Made by a program: the position numbers and the translations under genes. A model generated the notes under the pieces. It was not told the origin of the DNA. It searched no databases and saw only the letters and a program-made list of their open reading frames with translations. Positions 1 through 11,977 of a stretch of DNA of 64,000 bases are shown one piece after another; the stretch's first letter is position 1, and each line of letters begins with the position of its first letter. The stretch is from Blastocladiella emersonii ATCC 22665 (Eukaryota > Fungi > Blastocladiomycota). The stretch lies in contig JANHCV010000014.1 of the NCBI GenBank assembly GCA_025594325.1, positions 248,001 through 312,000 on the forward strand, read 5' to 3'.

Positions 1-1
1 G

Positions 2-1270
2 GGGAACAACGCGTCGCGCGAGGATACCACCAACCACCACCACGTGTTTGTCGGCGACCTGTCGTCGGACGTGACCGACCAGGTCCTGTTCAAGGCCTTC
101 TCGGCGTTTGGGACCCTGACGGATGCTCGTGTCATGTGGGACATGAACACGGGCAAGTCCCGGAGGTACGGGTTCCTCGCGTTCCGCGAGCGCGACGACG
201 CCGAGCGCGCCATCAACACCATGAACGGCGAGTGGCTCGGCGGGCGATCGATCCGCGTCAACTGGGCCAACCAGAAGAACCAGAACAACCCCGACGGCGC
301 GCCCGGTGGTCCTTCCTCCTCGTCCCGTTTTGGCGGGGATGACGCCGACCGCTCGAGCCAACCCGCCGCCTCCTCCTCGTCCGCCGCCGGCAACAACCCG
401 ATGGCCGCGCTCCCCGCCTCCGCCCTCCCCGCGCAACCGTCGCTGTCGTACGACGTGGTCGTCAACCAGTCGCCGCCCGCCAACGTGACGGTTTACGTCG
501 GCAACCTGGCGGCCTCGGTGCGCGAGTCGGACCTGTTCCCGTGCTTCTCCGCGTACGGCTACGTGCACGAGGTCCGCCTCCAGCACGACCGCGGCTTCGC
601 CTTCGTGAAAATGGACACGCACGAGAACGCCGCCATGACCATCTGCTACCTCAACGGGTTCGCGGTCCACGGACGCCCGCTCAAGGCGTCGTGGGGGAAG
701 GATAAGTTCCTCGACAACAATGGCGGCGGCGGGAGTCCCGGGCCGCAGAGCAACCCGTACGGCGCGCCCGCGGCTGCGGCGGCGGGGTACCCGGCAGCGG
801 TGGCGGATCCGGCCGCCGTGTACCAGCAGCAGTACGCCCAGTACTACGGCGCGTACGCCGCCGCGCCTTCGGCACCCGCGGCCGCGACGGCAACCGCGCC
901 CATCGACCCCGCCACCCTCCCGCCCCTCACCGACCCGATCGCCGCTGCCGCCGCCGCCGCCGCCCAGGCCGCCGTCACGTACCAGATCCAGCTCCTGCAC
1001 GCCCAGCAGCACCAGGCTGCCGCGGCTGCGCCACCAACAACCGCGGCTGACGGTACCGACCCGATGGCCGCCGCTGCCGCCCAGGCCGCGGCTTCGGCGA
1101 CCGCATCCGCCGTCGCCGCGGACCCGTCGGCCAACGCACAGGAGTATTACGCGTACTACTACGCGTACTATTACCAGCAGGCGCAGGCCGCGTCCGCGGC
1201 GTCCGCCGGGTATGATGCGAGCGCGGCGACGGCGGGCGCGGCGGGTGCGGGGGCCGCGGCGGCGCAGTGA
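2..1270 (+). CDS. PUB1: RRM-domain RNA-binding protein, PUB1/TIA-1-like (5' part lies before the window)
   Basis: The frame is open from base 2. Two RRMs are visible (HVFVGDLSSDV..RYGFLAFRE..RVNWANQK; TVYVGNLA..RGFAFVKMD..KASWGK), followed by an Ala/Gln/Tyr-rich low-complexity tail; stop TGA at 1268-1270. Confidence 0.8.
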   Translation, partial: GNNASREDTTNHHHVFVGDLSSDVTDQVLFKAFSAFGTLTDARVMWDMNTGKSRRYGFLAFRERDDAERAINTMNGEWLGGRSIRVNWANQKNQNNPDGAPGGPSSSSRFGGDDADRSSQPAASSSSAAGNNPMAALPASALPAQPSLSYDVVVNQSPPANVTVYVGNLAASVRESDLFPCFSAYGYVHEVRLQHDRGFAFVKMDTHENAAMTICYLNGFAVHGRPLKASWGKDKFLDNNGGGGSPGPQSNPYGAPAAAAAGYPAAVADPAAVYQQQYAQYYGAYAAAPSAPAAATATAPIDPATLPPLTDPIAAAAAAAAQAAVTYQIQLLHAQQHQAAAAAPPTTAADGTDPMAAAAAQAAASATASAVAADPSANAQEYYAYYYAYYYQQAQAASAASAGYDASAATAGAAGAGAAAAQ

Positions 1271-1689
1271 CCGGCCCTGCATCGTATCGCGTCGCGTCGC
1301 GGGCGGCGGTCATGCATCATGGCGGCGCCGAGATGGGGATCGTGGCGGCGGCGGCGCCGAGGCGCCGGGGCGCGGAGCAACGTGTTTTTGTGCAGGAGGA
1401 TACACGAGGTGGATTCTTTTATTTCGCTGGTCTGGTGCTGAAGGAAGGGTGCGGTGCGGTGCAGTGCGGCGCCACGGAAGGCGGAGAGAACGTGCGGCGA
1501 GAGACGCAGCGAGGGAAGGAAGCGGAACGTGGGCGGGGCGACGATGGCCGCGTGAACGCAAAGTGTCTCGCATGTCTCGCGCTGCGCCACCACCGCGCGA
1601 CGGAGCGAGTGAGCGGGCGACGCGAGCGAGCCATCCTTCTGCTGGACTTGTTCATCGGCACGCATTGCGTCGCGAGCCGAAGGTACCGA

Positions 1690-2720
1690 TGCCCGTGGTC
1701 GCGCGCTGAGGTTGCTGTGAGAGGCGACGGCGGCTGTCTTCGCGCCGACGCGAAGAAGCTGTGGACTGAGCTCGACCGCATCGACGACGTTCCACATCGC
1801 AACCGTTGACGTAGCTCTCTGCTGGCGCGACCTCGGCCGCGACGGCATCACCGCTGTGTCGAGGCGGTGCGGCTCTGTGCTCGCGGACCACCGTCGCCGC
1901 CGTCTCTCGCGCGCTGGCGGACGCTGCTCGCACCGCGCTTGGCCCCACGATCGACGGCTTCACTCGCATCAGGGACGCCGAGGCAGACGGCGACGAGTGA
2001 AACTAGCGACGACGACGACCATGAGGCACTGCGAACGGCGCGGAGCGAGCTGACGAGGAGCATGTCCGATGTCTCGCGCTGGGCTCGCGTCAAGCGCGGA
2101 CGGCCGTGGCGGCCCTGGCCAGCGAGCAGTCATAAGCTGAGTTCGACTACGGCGACAACGCTCCTCGTCGAGTGCTGTGAGGTATCCCTCTCGATCAACG
2201 CCTGCACAACGCGGATCGAGGCGACCAAACCCATGCCCGTGGTCGCGCGCTGGGCTCGCGGCGTGTAACGACGGCGGCCAACGGCGCACCGGCGCGGAGC
2301 AACCGTGGACTGAACTGGACCGCGACTGCAGCGGCGAGGCTCTTGATCGCAACGTCGACGGACTTCTCGCGCGTTGAGATCGTGTGAGGCGATGATGGCC
2401 GTTGCCGCCATGGCGCGGAGTTGCCGTGACCTGAGCTCAACCTCGGCGACGACCCTCATCATGTCGCCTTCAACCAAGCTCCCCGCTGACACGAAGCCGA
2501 CCGTGAGGCCATCACCGAGGCCATCACCATCACGCCAAGGTTGTGCGGTCCGGCTCTACTCTGACGGACCGTCGCCGCCACCGCCTCTCGCAAGCGGACG
2601 CTTCTCGCGCACCACGCGTTCAGCCTCACGATCGACAGCTCCTCTCGCTTCAGGGACGACGCCGAGGCCGACAGCGATGAGCGACGACGACGACAACGGC
2701 CGCGAGCGAGATGGACGCGA
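1690..2720 (+). repeat. Degenerate tandem duplication of a non-coding or pseudogenic segment
   Basis: ATGCCCGTGGTCGCGCGCTG..GTGGACTGA occurs near 1690-1770 and again near 2233-2312. CCGTCGCCGCC..CACGATCGAC..TCAGGGACG..GACGACGACGAC occurs near 1890-2010 and again near 2570-2695. The copies differ by many substitutions and indels. Confidence 0.6.
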
Positions 2721-3049
2721 TCGGTGACGCTTCGCCGTGTGGCGTTGTTCAAGCGCACGTTTTCCTGCGCGCCGCCGGGTCGGGTCGGCGGTCGCCGGTG
2801 CCAGCATGAACACGTTGTGCCGCGCGCGCTTCGCCACACCACACACCTGCGTCACCATGAACTGCACCGGACTGATCGCAACGTTGATCCGCACGGGTCT
2901 TCGCTCGGGAAATCACGGGCGGAGCCGCGTGGGCCAAGACGCTCCGAGGTCGGTCGCTTGCCGAACCGAGAACGTGCGCGCGCGCGACTTCGCTTCGCCT
3001 TCCCGACCTCGCCCTCGCCGACTCGGGCACCATGGAGCAGACCGAGATG

Positions 3050-3055
3050 TATAAA
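3050..3055 (+). promoter_or_regulatory. TATA box upstream of alkaline phosphatase
   Basis: TATAAA lies about 95 bp upstream of the ATG at 3150, in otherwise very GC-rich DNA. Confidence 0.45.
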
Positions 3056-3149
3056 GAGACACGCTCGCCGCGCCTCCCTCTCCTCGATCCGGCAGAGATC
3101 GACGGAGACGACACCTAGACTTTAGACCGACCTCCCACCTGGCATCACC

Positions 3150-5108
3150 ATGCTCGTCACCAAGTACAGCATCCTGGTGCTCCTCGCCCTGATCGCCGCC
3201 ACCGAAGTCTCGGCCACGTCGCCCAAGAAGGCGTGCCGCAACAAGCCCGGCCAGCACGGCGGCAACGGCTCGTACAACGGCGGTTCGGGCTCGGGCTCGA
3301 GCGGCAACGGCGGTTCGGGTTCGGGCGGCAACGGCGGCTCGAACGGCGGCAACAACGGCGGCAATGCCGGCCAGGTGTGCGAGTCGCCGCTCGCCGAGCA
3401 CCACCCGGGCTCGACGCTGCTCAAGGGCAAGTGGGCGACGTACACGGGCAAGAACCAGGCGACGCCCAAGGGGTGCCGCCCCAAGAAGAACTTCATCTTC
3501 ATGGTGTCGGACGGCTTCGGCACCGCGTCCGAGACCATGGCGCGCGAGTTCTACCAGTACGGGTCGACGGGCACCATTGCCGACGCGCTCGGCGACGTGG
3601 ACGGCATCCTGCCCCTCGACACGCTGCTCGTCGGCTCGGCCCGCACCAAGTCGTCGGACGCCTGGGTCACCGACTCGGCCTCGGCCGCCACCGCCTTCGC
3701 GTGCGGCCTCAAGACCTACAACGCCGCCATCGGCGTCGACCCCAAGCAGAAGCCGTGCGCGACCGTCCTCGAGGCCGCCAAGTTCAAGGGCTACAAGACG
3801 GGGCTCGTCGCCACCTCGCGCATCACCCACGCCACGCCCGCCGGCTGGTCGGCGCACATCATCGAGCGCGACTGGGAGAACGAGATTGCCGCGCAGCAGA
3901 TCGGCGACAACGTGCTCGGCCGGTCCGTGGACGTGATGATCGGCGGCGGCGCGCGCCACTTTATCCCGAAATCGAACAAGGGGTCGTCGCGCAAGGACGA
4001 GCGCGACCTGCGCAAGGAGGCCGTCGACAAGTTTGGGTTCAGGACGGTCGTCGAGTCGCGCGCGGCCCTGCTCAACGTCACGGGCAAGGACGTGCCGCTG
4101 CTCGCCCTCATGGCCGGCTCGCACATGGACTACGAAATTGACCGCAACAAGACGGCCCAGCCCAGCCTCGCCGAGATGGCCAACGTCGCCCTCACGCTGC
4201 TGTCCGAGGCCACCTCCGACTGCGACTCGCCCGGCTTCTTCCTCATGGTGGAGGGCTCGCGAATCGACCACGCGGGGCACTCGTACGATTTCATTACCCT
4301 TTGCGGCCGTGTCCGCGACGTTTGCTCGGAAGCGACAAACTAGCGCCCGGAGGCGACAAACGACCGCTGCAAAACAGCAATCTGACGCGCTTCCACGCCG
4401 CCGCTTCCATCGCGTAGCAACGACGTCGCCACGCACATGCACGACATCCTCGCGTACCAGGACGCGGTCCACCTCGTCAAGTCGTACGTCAAGGCCAACC
4501 CGGCCACGGGCGCGCTGTCGGTCTCGGACCACGAGACGGGCGGCCTGACCAAGGGCGCACAGGTCGACCAGTCCAAGGACCCCGGCACCTTCTACAACTG
4601 GCACCCGGAGGCGCTCCTCGCCGTCAAGATGTCGGTCGAGAAGCTCTCGCCCATCATCGCCAAGGCGGCCGACGCCGGCATCGAGGCCTTCGTGACCGAG
4701 GCCGTCGCCAAGAACCTCGGCATCAAGGACCTGGCCAAGCCCGAGCTCGACGCGATCCTCGCCGCGCGCGCCGTCACCAACGCCAAGAAGGCGCCGTCGG
4801 GCGTGTACCCGCTCGACAACGCCCTGACCGAGGCCGTGTCGCGCCGCGCCTGGGCCGGCTGGACCACGCACGGCCACACGGGCATGGACGTCAACCTCTA
4901 CGCCATCAACGCGCCCGGGCTCCGCGGCAACGTCGACAACACGTACCTCGCCAAGTACTCGGCCGAGTTCCTCGGCGTCGCTGACGCGCTCCCGACCCTC
5001 ACCAAGCGCCTCGCCAACCAGAAGGTCACCGCCGACACCCCCGTCGCCACGAAGCGCAGCGTCGGTCCCCGCGACGAGCACCACCGCGACGAGCGCGTCT
5101 ACCACTAA
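3150..5108 (+). CDS. PHO8: Alkaline phosphatase (PHO8/PhoA family), signal peptide, 2 exons (intron 4283-4417)
   Basis: Motifs FMVSDGFG, VTDSASAATA (Ser nucleophile), LVATSRITHATPA, MVEGSRIDHAGH, SDHETGG and THGHTGMDV. Removing the GT..CTGAC..TAG intron gives in-frame HAGHSNDVATH. Hydrophobic N-terminus; stop TAA. Confidence 0.93.
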
Positions 5109-7482
5109 GTGTGTGCGTTGTGGTGAGAGTGGGTGACAATGGGAGTGATTGTGATATACATATACGACGAGCGCTGCTCGAGCCTTTCTACTTGATCTCT
5201 TATTTACTTGCCCTGTGAGTGTGGCTGGCGGAACGCAAGTGGTCGGTCGAGAGAAAGGGAATCTCGCGCCGCGTCACGCGAGTGGCGCATCGCGTCCAGC
5301 TTCGAGTTGAGGGGAGCAATGTGGCCGTTGCAGGATGGACGACTTCCAGCTCTCTCGCGTCGTGTGCTCCTTCTCGATTCGATTCAAACCTTCACTCTCG
5401 CCCGACTCTCAACGCACTGTTCCGACCGCGTCAGCGAGGACAGCAAGGCGGCGCGAACAAGGTGTGCGAGCAACGGACGTGTTCCAATCTATCCAACAGC
5501 TCCTCGACCCACACGCCAAGCGAACCCGACCATGATCCCGAGTACAAGAAGCCCCACCCACTCGACCTAACCAACGCCGCGAGCAAGCTGTGCGAAGAGG
5601 TGTCGCGCCATGCCGCGAGACAAGTGCATGGTCGGGTCCGGGTTAAGACTCGGGTGTCGGTACAGGTCAGGCTTAATTGTGCGACGATGGGGTGCCAGTA
5701 GCGAGCCAGGCGGTCGTGGGTACGGGGCCGTCCTGTACTTGCTGCTGTACAGCTTTGGCGACGCGCTCACCGTTGGCAACGACTCGGAGTCGAGGCCTTG
5801 TCGTGGCAGAGACGAGCCATTCATGGGCAACGAGGCACGAGAGGTGCTGGTCGGCGCAGAAGTAACAGCGACGGCCATGCGCAAGCCTGGAAGCTCGCAG
5901 TGCCGAATTCAACCAAACGTGCAAGTGGTAGAGTCGGACCGACCTGCTGGCGAGGAGTAGTGTTGCGCCGTGTTGAAAGACTGGCCACGGTCGATTCGGC
6001 CGCATTTCGACAGGAACGCGCCGCGCGGTACGCTTCATGCCCAGCTCGGCCCCGCGCTCCTGGCTGTGTTGCATGAAGATGCTGCGCCGCAATGTGCTGG
6101 TGATACGCGATACATGGGAGCGAGGAGTAGAGAGCACTCGAAAGCAGCGCGCGTTCAACCATGGACTCATGAGCGACGCGTTCTCCTCGAGGTCCCGCGA
6201 AGGACACGCACAAACGGGTACATGTTGTTCGGGTACATCCGATCGCGTTGCGGCCCCCTCACACCGGCAGGTCCGCCATCCCTGCAACGTCGAACCCGGC
6301 GGCGCGCTCCGCGTCCAGCATGCGACCGTGGTGCAGCAGCAAGAGGCGATACAGGACCTTGATCGCGGACTCGGCGATCCCGACCTGCTTGGCCACGTCC
6401 TTGACGGACTGCGGCGACCCGACCAGCTGCGCGATGAAGATTGCGGCGGCGCCGTGGATCGTCGCCGGCACGCGGGCCGCGAGCTCGTCGACCTCGCGCG
6501 CGTTGCGTGCCACCTCGGTCACGAGGACGCGGGCAGGCCCAGCGCATCGCACAGCCGCGCACTGACGTCCGCCGTGTCGCGATGCACGCGGGCGGTGTCC
6601 AGGAGTCGATTCACCTGGTCGAGCGCATCCACGGCCGAGCGCTGCGGTTCTGTTCACAAGCAGCGTCAGCCAGTCATGGCGCGGACCGGACCGTGTTGAG
6701 CGAACGGAAGCGTACTGTGTTCGGCGACACCCGCCGCGCCCGCTGTCACCTGGACGGTGCGCGTGACGCCGTGTCTGCGGCAGCCGAGGAAGACGCACAC
6801 GGCGGCCAGCTGAGCGGACCTTCTGCCGCTTGAGCAGCACCGGGTCCGCCTCGACCGCGGTGCGGAAGCACAGCTTGGCCGTACCGACAAGCGATCTGGG
6901 AGGCCGAGTTTCTCGCCCGTGATCACAATCTCCTTTGCTGCTGCCCGTGCTGCCGAGAGCCAGTGACTGCTTGGCGCGGATACTCGCCAGACTCGATGCA
7001 GAAGCGTCACCGCCGCGCACCACGGGCAGGATCGCGGTCCTCATTTCACCGATCCCCGCTGACGCCTCTCTCAACCATCCCGACACGCGCGACGGCACGG
7101 CACGGTACACCTCGCTGCGCGCGCTGGCGGCAGGAGTCGGGATGCGCGGCGACGAGGACGGCATAGCGGGCGCGTTACAGTGGTTTGGGTTACGAGTTCT
7201 CAACAGCCGCAGCCTCAAAGCACCGATGCGCGGGAGTGAACGACGTCGTGGGAGCGTGGGCCAGCTGCGGGCGGTGGCGAGCACTTCAAGTACGGCGGAC
7301 GGCCGCACACTCAATGCCGGAGCTCACACTGGGACTGACTTGATTCGGATTCATTTGCTTGCATCGACTGAGGGAGCGAGAGGGGTCGCCTGCTGGTGGC
7401 GGACACTTGGCGGACGTGGACAGATCGCCGTGACCTGAAGCGGGCATCACATGAGCCAGGCGTGATTGTTCGACGCGTCTCA
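3523..7482 (+). repeat. Inverted repeat 1, left arm (A); pairs with 20555-24514
   Basis: Six-frame ORFs in this interval have identical mirror ORFs with coordinate sum 28037 (e.g. 4437..5108+ / 22929..23600-, 6259..7314- / 20723..21778+). Both ends were checked by eye. Confidence 0.97.
6259..7116 (-). pseudogene. SUA7: TFIIB (SUA7-like) pseudogene, frameshifted
   Basis: TFIIB-like pieces in shifting frames: SE..VPSRV, AAKEIVITGEKLGLP, QLAAVCVFLGCRRHGVTRTV, ARLCDALGLP, PATIHGAAAIFIAQLVGSPQSVKDVAKQVGIAESAIKVLYRLL. One GT..CTGAC..CAG intron relic and several frameshifts. Confidence 0.75.
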
Positions 7483-7829
7483 CGACTCGCGTCTCGCCAC
7501 TCTGTTGCTTCTCTCCGCAGAGACTGCGTCCGAAGGTGTCTCCTGATTAAGTGCTGCCTTAAATGGTTGTAGATCGCGCTGCTCACGGTGAGCATCGAAC
7601 CACGAACATACACGCCCGCGTGAACGACTTCGGGAAACTCTTTGGCTGGTGTCGCTCACACTGGCCTTGACACGGTCAGGCTCACGTATCGCGGGAGCCA
7701 GAGGTCATGCCAACGGGACACCTGTCGCTGACACGCAAGGTCGCTCGCTCTTCGCGCATTCCGCTCTTCCTCTCGAACACACTTGTTCACAAAGTCAAGA
7801 TATATTGGAGCGCAACGGTCAGGACTTCA

Positions 7830-9930
7830 TCAAGCGATGAGCCAGTAATCACGCGGCACATAACCCCACTTGCGCACCTTGTCGTCCGTGTGCGCCATGG
7901 CCCACTTGCGCATTTTCAGCAAACGCTTGCCGCATCCTTGCTCGCCGCGCGAGGCTGCGGCCTCGAGCGCAAGCTTGAAGAAATTGAGGAACGCAATAAT
8001 ACGTTTACCTTCGTGCTCGGCAAGGTCAGCAAAGTCCGTGTCTGTGAGTTCGAGCGGCATATCTGGCCGAATGAGCGCAGCTATGGCCACATCGTAAATG
8101 TCATTGCGAATACGAGCTTGATCAAGCACGTCGAAGATCGTAAGCCCGAGACCGTTGATGCCACCGTGGAGGCACGCATCACGCCCGAGTCCGCCGCGAA
8201 TAGCACTGGAATCGGGTGTAGGTGCGAAGTGGGGTGAGCGGTACTTGAGGAGATTTTCAAGCGTCGTCCCTCGAGCGCTTTTGACAAGGCTGATCCAGCC
8301 AACGCGCAGGCGGCTGCGCATCAAGTCGCCTTGCTGAACCAAGATGCGGCGTTGGTGCTCGACCAGTCGCGCCGCATTAGCTGCGAGCTCCTCGTCCGTG
8401 TACGGGTTGACGCGAAAGACAAGGTCGCCGTCAAACGGCCAACTGTAAAGTTTGTCGTTGGCCGCGAGGTTTACAAGATCGTCGCAAGGAGGGCAATTAA
8501 CAAGGCTGAATGCTGGCTGTGACCCCCAGCACTCGTGGTAGGGAAGGACTGGAACAGCATCCAGAATCGTTCGAGCTGCGGGCCACGCGTTGGCCCTGAC
8601 GCACACGTGGCGGAGCGTATCAAGCTGGTGGACGTGATTGCGGGTTGGAACCCAGTGCCGGCACATCCAGGACGCGTATGACGATGCGGCATCATGGGTT
8701 TTAATGAGCATGGGCGACCACCAAAATTGGAGCAAGTGGTTGAGTCCAGCCAAACCGTCGAGAAGCGTGTCCATGTCAATGCCGTCCGCGGCGAGGGTGA
8801 AGTAGGGAAGCACTCGATCAACTAGTACTTGGACAGCATCATCATCATGTGGCTCGATTTGGATAACATGTGGGATGTAGAACAAGACATGCTCGGCCGC
8901 AGCCCAATCGTTTGTCGGGGACAGCCGCGGACGAGTGACAAGATCTGCTGATGAAAGAACAACCAGATCAGCAAGTACCGCAAAGGAATCGAAGCCGAGT
9001 GAATTCTGGACACGCGCGTGTTTAGTGGCCTCTGTTACAAACGCCTCAATCAGCGAACGCGCGTACGAAGGCTGCGCCCAAGCGAGGATGCGCGACATGG
9101 TCCCAACGACTGCTTGGGGCCCAATGGCAAAGAGCGTGTGGAAGCTTTTCGCATCAACTGGTCCTCGGACCACCGGGTATACGCACATGAGCGACGCCGC
9201 CTCGAATAAAAGGGTGGCATACACGGGGTCATCGGGATTCGCACGCACGGCGAATAGGCACTCGACGATGCTCAACACATTCGGCAAACGGAGCCCGAGG
9301 CCGCCTCCCTTCCGTGAGTCTTGTGTGCTGCGGTATTTGATCCATGCCGAAGGGACACCAGTCACTCGATCGCGCCACGCCCGTCAGAATGTACGCGAGT
9401 GCATGCGGCGAGCCCGTTGCACGATAGCCGGCGCACACTTGGTCAGCTGGAAACGCCTTGGTCCCGAACTCGGAGTTTGCTGACTACGGAGGCGCCGAAA
9501 AGAGGAGGTCGCGGAACTCGGTGGTCGTAAGCGGCACCTGGCCCTTGGCCCACTCGCGGAGCCACGACCACGGACGCGGGTCGCCCACGTCGCTGAGCAC
9601 GAGTCGGCGGGCGACATTATGGAAAGTGGTGCGCATTTGAACGTTGGAAATCGACGGTCAACGCGAAACCCTGCCGCGGTGGCGACCTCGTTTGCGACCG
9701 TGGTAGACGGGTGCGACAGCAAAGAACGCGTCGCGGTCCATCCCGCTCAGGGCGATCGTCATTTCGAGAGCGGGCGGCGCATGTGCGCGCCAAAGCGGCC
9801 CGGCAAGGATGGTGCGGCACGTTGCGCGGAGAGCGAGTCGGTCGGCATTCGACAACCCCCACGACGCGATCGATTTGAGCACATCGTCGGGTAAATCCGA
9901 GAGTGATAAGCACGTTTCATTAGGTAGCAT
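7830..9930 (-). pseudogene. F-box-like protein family A, disrupted copy
   Basis: N-terminal LSLSDLPDDVLKSIASWGLSNADRLALRATCRTIL. Later segments (DVGDPRPWSWL, ALAYIL, WWSP, GINGLGL) match the 14189-16186 protein but are split by frameshifts and a TAG at 9484-9486. The 3' part is a 511-aa ORF. Confidence 0.6.
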
Positions 9931-10148
9931 AGCGGAAACGTTTCATGGATGGGTGTGCGGGAAGAGGCTCAAGGCTCAGCAGCGGTCGTTCAAGAGAGCG
10001 CGACGTGAACACTGTCTCGCCTCCTTGATCAGCTCCTTGATTACTCACGGCGGCGCTCACGAATGTTTGGCGGTAACGGTTTCCGGCCTTCAAAAATAAT
10101 AGAATCAACATTTATATTGCTAACCCAGCCGAGCCGCGTCCGCTGGAC

Positions 10149-11977
10149 TCAACGTCGCACCGCTTGCAACGCTCGCTCTTTCCCGCGCGCCTGCTTCTCG
10201 TGCAGCATCGTGTCGAGCGCGATTAACGCATTGTGGGTTTTGGCTGTCGCTGGCATCTCACGGATCGCGTCGCGAACCACAGCCTTCTCGATGTCGCGCG
10301 GCGCGATGCGGGCCAGCTCGCGCACCGCGAATAGGGCGCCGAATTGAGTGCGTGCCACAACATGGGCGGCGAGGTTAGCGAACTTGGCCTCCTCCCATCG
10401 GCCGTCCATGAGGCCGTCCGGGACGCACTACCAGAACTCGAGCGGGAGCATGTGGGCCGTCGGGTTGGCCAAGAAAATGTCCAGGATGCCCTGCGGATCC
10501 ATGCGCAGCAGCAAGGCAGCCAGACGAAGTCGAGGAAGCCGCAAGGCGAGCTTGCATTTACAAGGCAGCTCGCCCTCGTCCTCGTCCTCGTCCTCGATTT
10601 CCACATCTTCCCACAAAATCCCCGTGAAGAAGCCCCCGGGAAACGACTCCCGCAGAAGGATCGAGGACAGCATCGTGGCGCGGAACGACAGGTCGGAGAA
10701 ATGAAGCTCGCCGCCGTGAATGTCGATCAGTTCGGTGAGCGTGTCAAAGTACGATCCCTGCAATTGAAGCGGGCACTCGGCACATGAGATTTGACCGTTG
10801 CCGATGGGGACCGCGCAGTGAGCTCGCGGGCCAAATACAGTGGCCGAGAGAAGCACCGAAATGTGCGCAGCAGCCGTGCCCAAAGCCGAAATGGCGGCCA
10901 CCGCCGCATCGTGCGTCGCCGGGTTGCGAAGCGCGGCCACCGTGAGCCATGCCATGATGGAAGGCATGTCGTTCTGGGTCTGCGCGACCGGCATCGAAAG
11001 TACCGTATTCGCAAGAAGAAACTGGGGCCAGTCCGCTTGGGCATAAGGGCGGTTGGCAAAGTGCGCGGTAAAGCCTCGCTCGGGCTCCGCACTCACGTCG
11101 AAGACTTCCTTGAGCTCGGCGGCAATGCAAGTGAAGAGCGACTCGACGCGGTCGGGGAAATGCCGGAAGGCGCACGCAAGGATCGGAACCGGGTCGGCTT
11201 CATGGTATATAGTGGTGTTGACCACTACAAGGATGGCGAAGAATCGGCGTTAGCGTGCGCAAGGGGAGTGTGATTTCAGTATTTCAGTAAGCGATGTGCA
11301 TCGTACTTTCAGCTCGCGCTGCCCCAAAATCGTCACCAAGACCTGGGATCAAGGTTTGCCCACACGGTCCACGGCAGCCGAGCGAAGAGCAGGGCTGGCG
11401 CCCGCGCAAGGGTTCGTCCAAGGACGTGGCGGAGAGCTACGGGCGAGCCCCGGCACACAAGGCCGACGAGGTTCTGAAGATATGAATGCAACGGAAACTT
11501 TGCCACTGGGAGGCACCGGTTCTCGATAATGTTGAATGTACCACGAAGCGCGTCCGAGACGCGGCTAATGTCGCTTGCCGACTCGCAAAGCACGGGCTCG
11601 GCCACGTCGAGCAAGCACTCCGTGGATGCAAGGAAGAGTGGTAGAAGCGAGTCAAACGTGACTGTATTCTGCTCGGGCAACTCGAGGAGACTGACCTTGT
11701 ACGTGACGAGGGCCAGGGTGACGTCTACGGTTCGCGGTGTCAAGCTATGGGCCATGAATAAAGTCTTCCACAAGCAGTCGATCCACACACTTCGCACACC
11801 CAAGTCACGACAGGGAGCAGCAAAAATGCGAGTCGCCAAGTTGACGGTGGTCCGTGGGGTGGCGAGCTGCAGCACCACCGCCAGGACCTCCGTCGGGAGC
11901 GAGGCGAGGTGGTTCATTGGGCCATAAGTCGCAAGTTTCACCAAGTGGTGATCAGTTTTCATGGGTAGTGTGTCCAT
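10149..11977 (-). pseudogene. F-box-like protein gene (resembles family B N-terminus), probably disrupted
   Basis: LASLPTEVLAVVLQLATPRTTVNLATRIF near the start; GTACG..GCTAAC..TAG intron about 11225-11306; in-frame TAG at 10428-10430 followed by further coding-like sequence to 10149. The upstream exon needs a frameshift to join. Confidence 0.45.

Noticed and set aside
2913-5105. 730-aa antisense ORF (also 22932..24596, 55553..56797, 58968..60059, 61318..62619, 62624..63952)
   Set aside because: Shadow ORFs opposite or overlapping strongly GC3-biased genes; no independent protein features.
5200-6250. Several 100-200 aa ORFs between the phosphatase and the TFIIB relic (mirrored at 21790-22830)
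   Set aside because: No codon bias or recognisable motif; expected by chance at this GC content.
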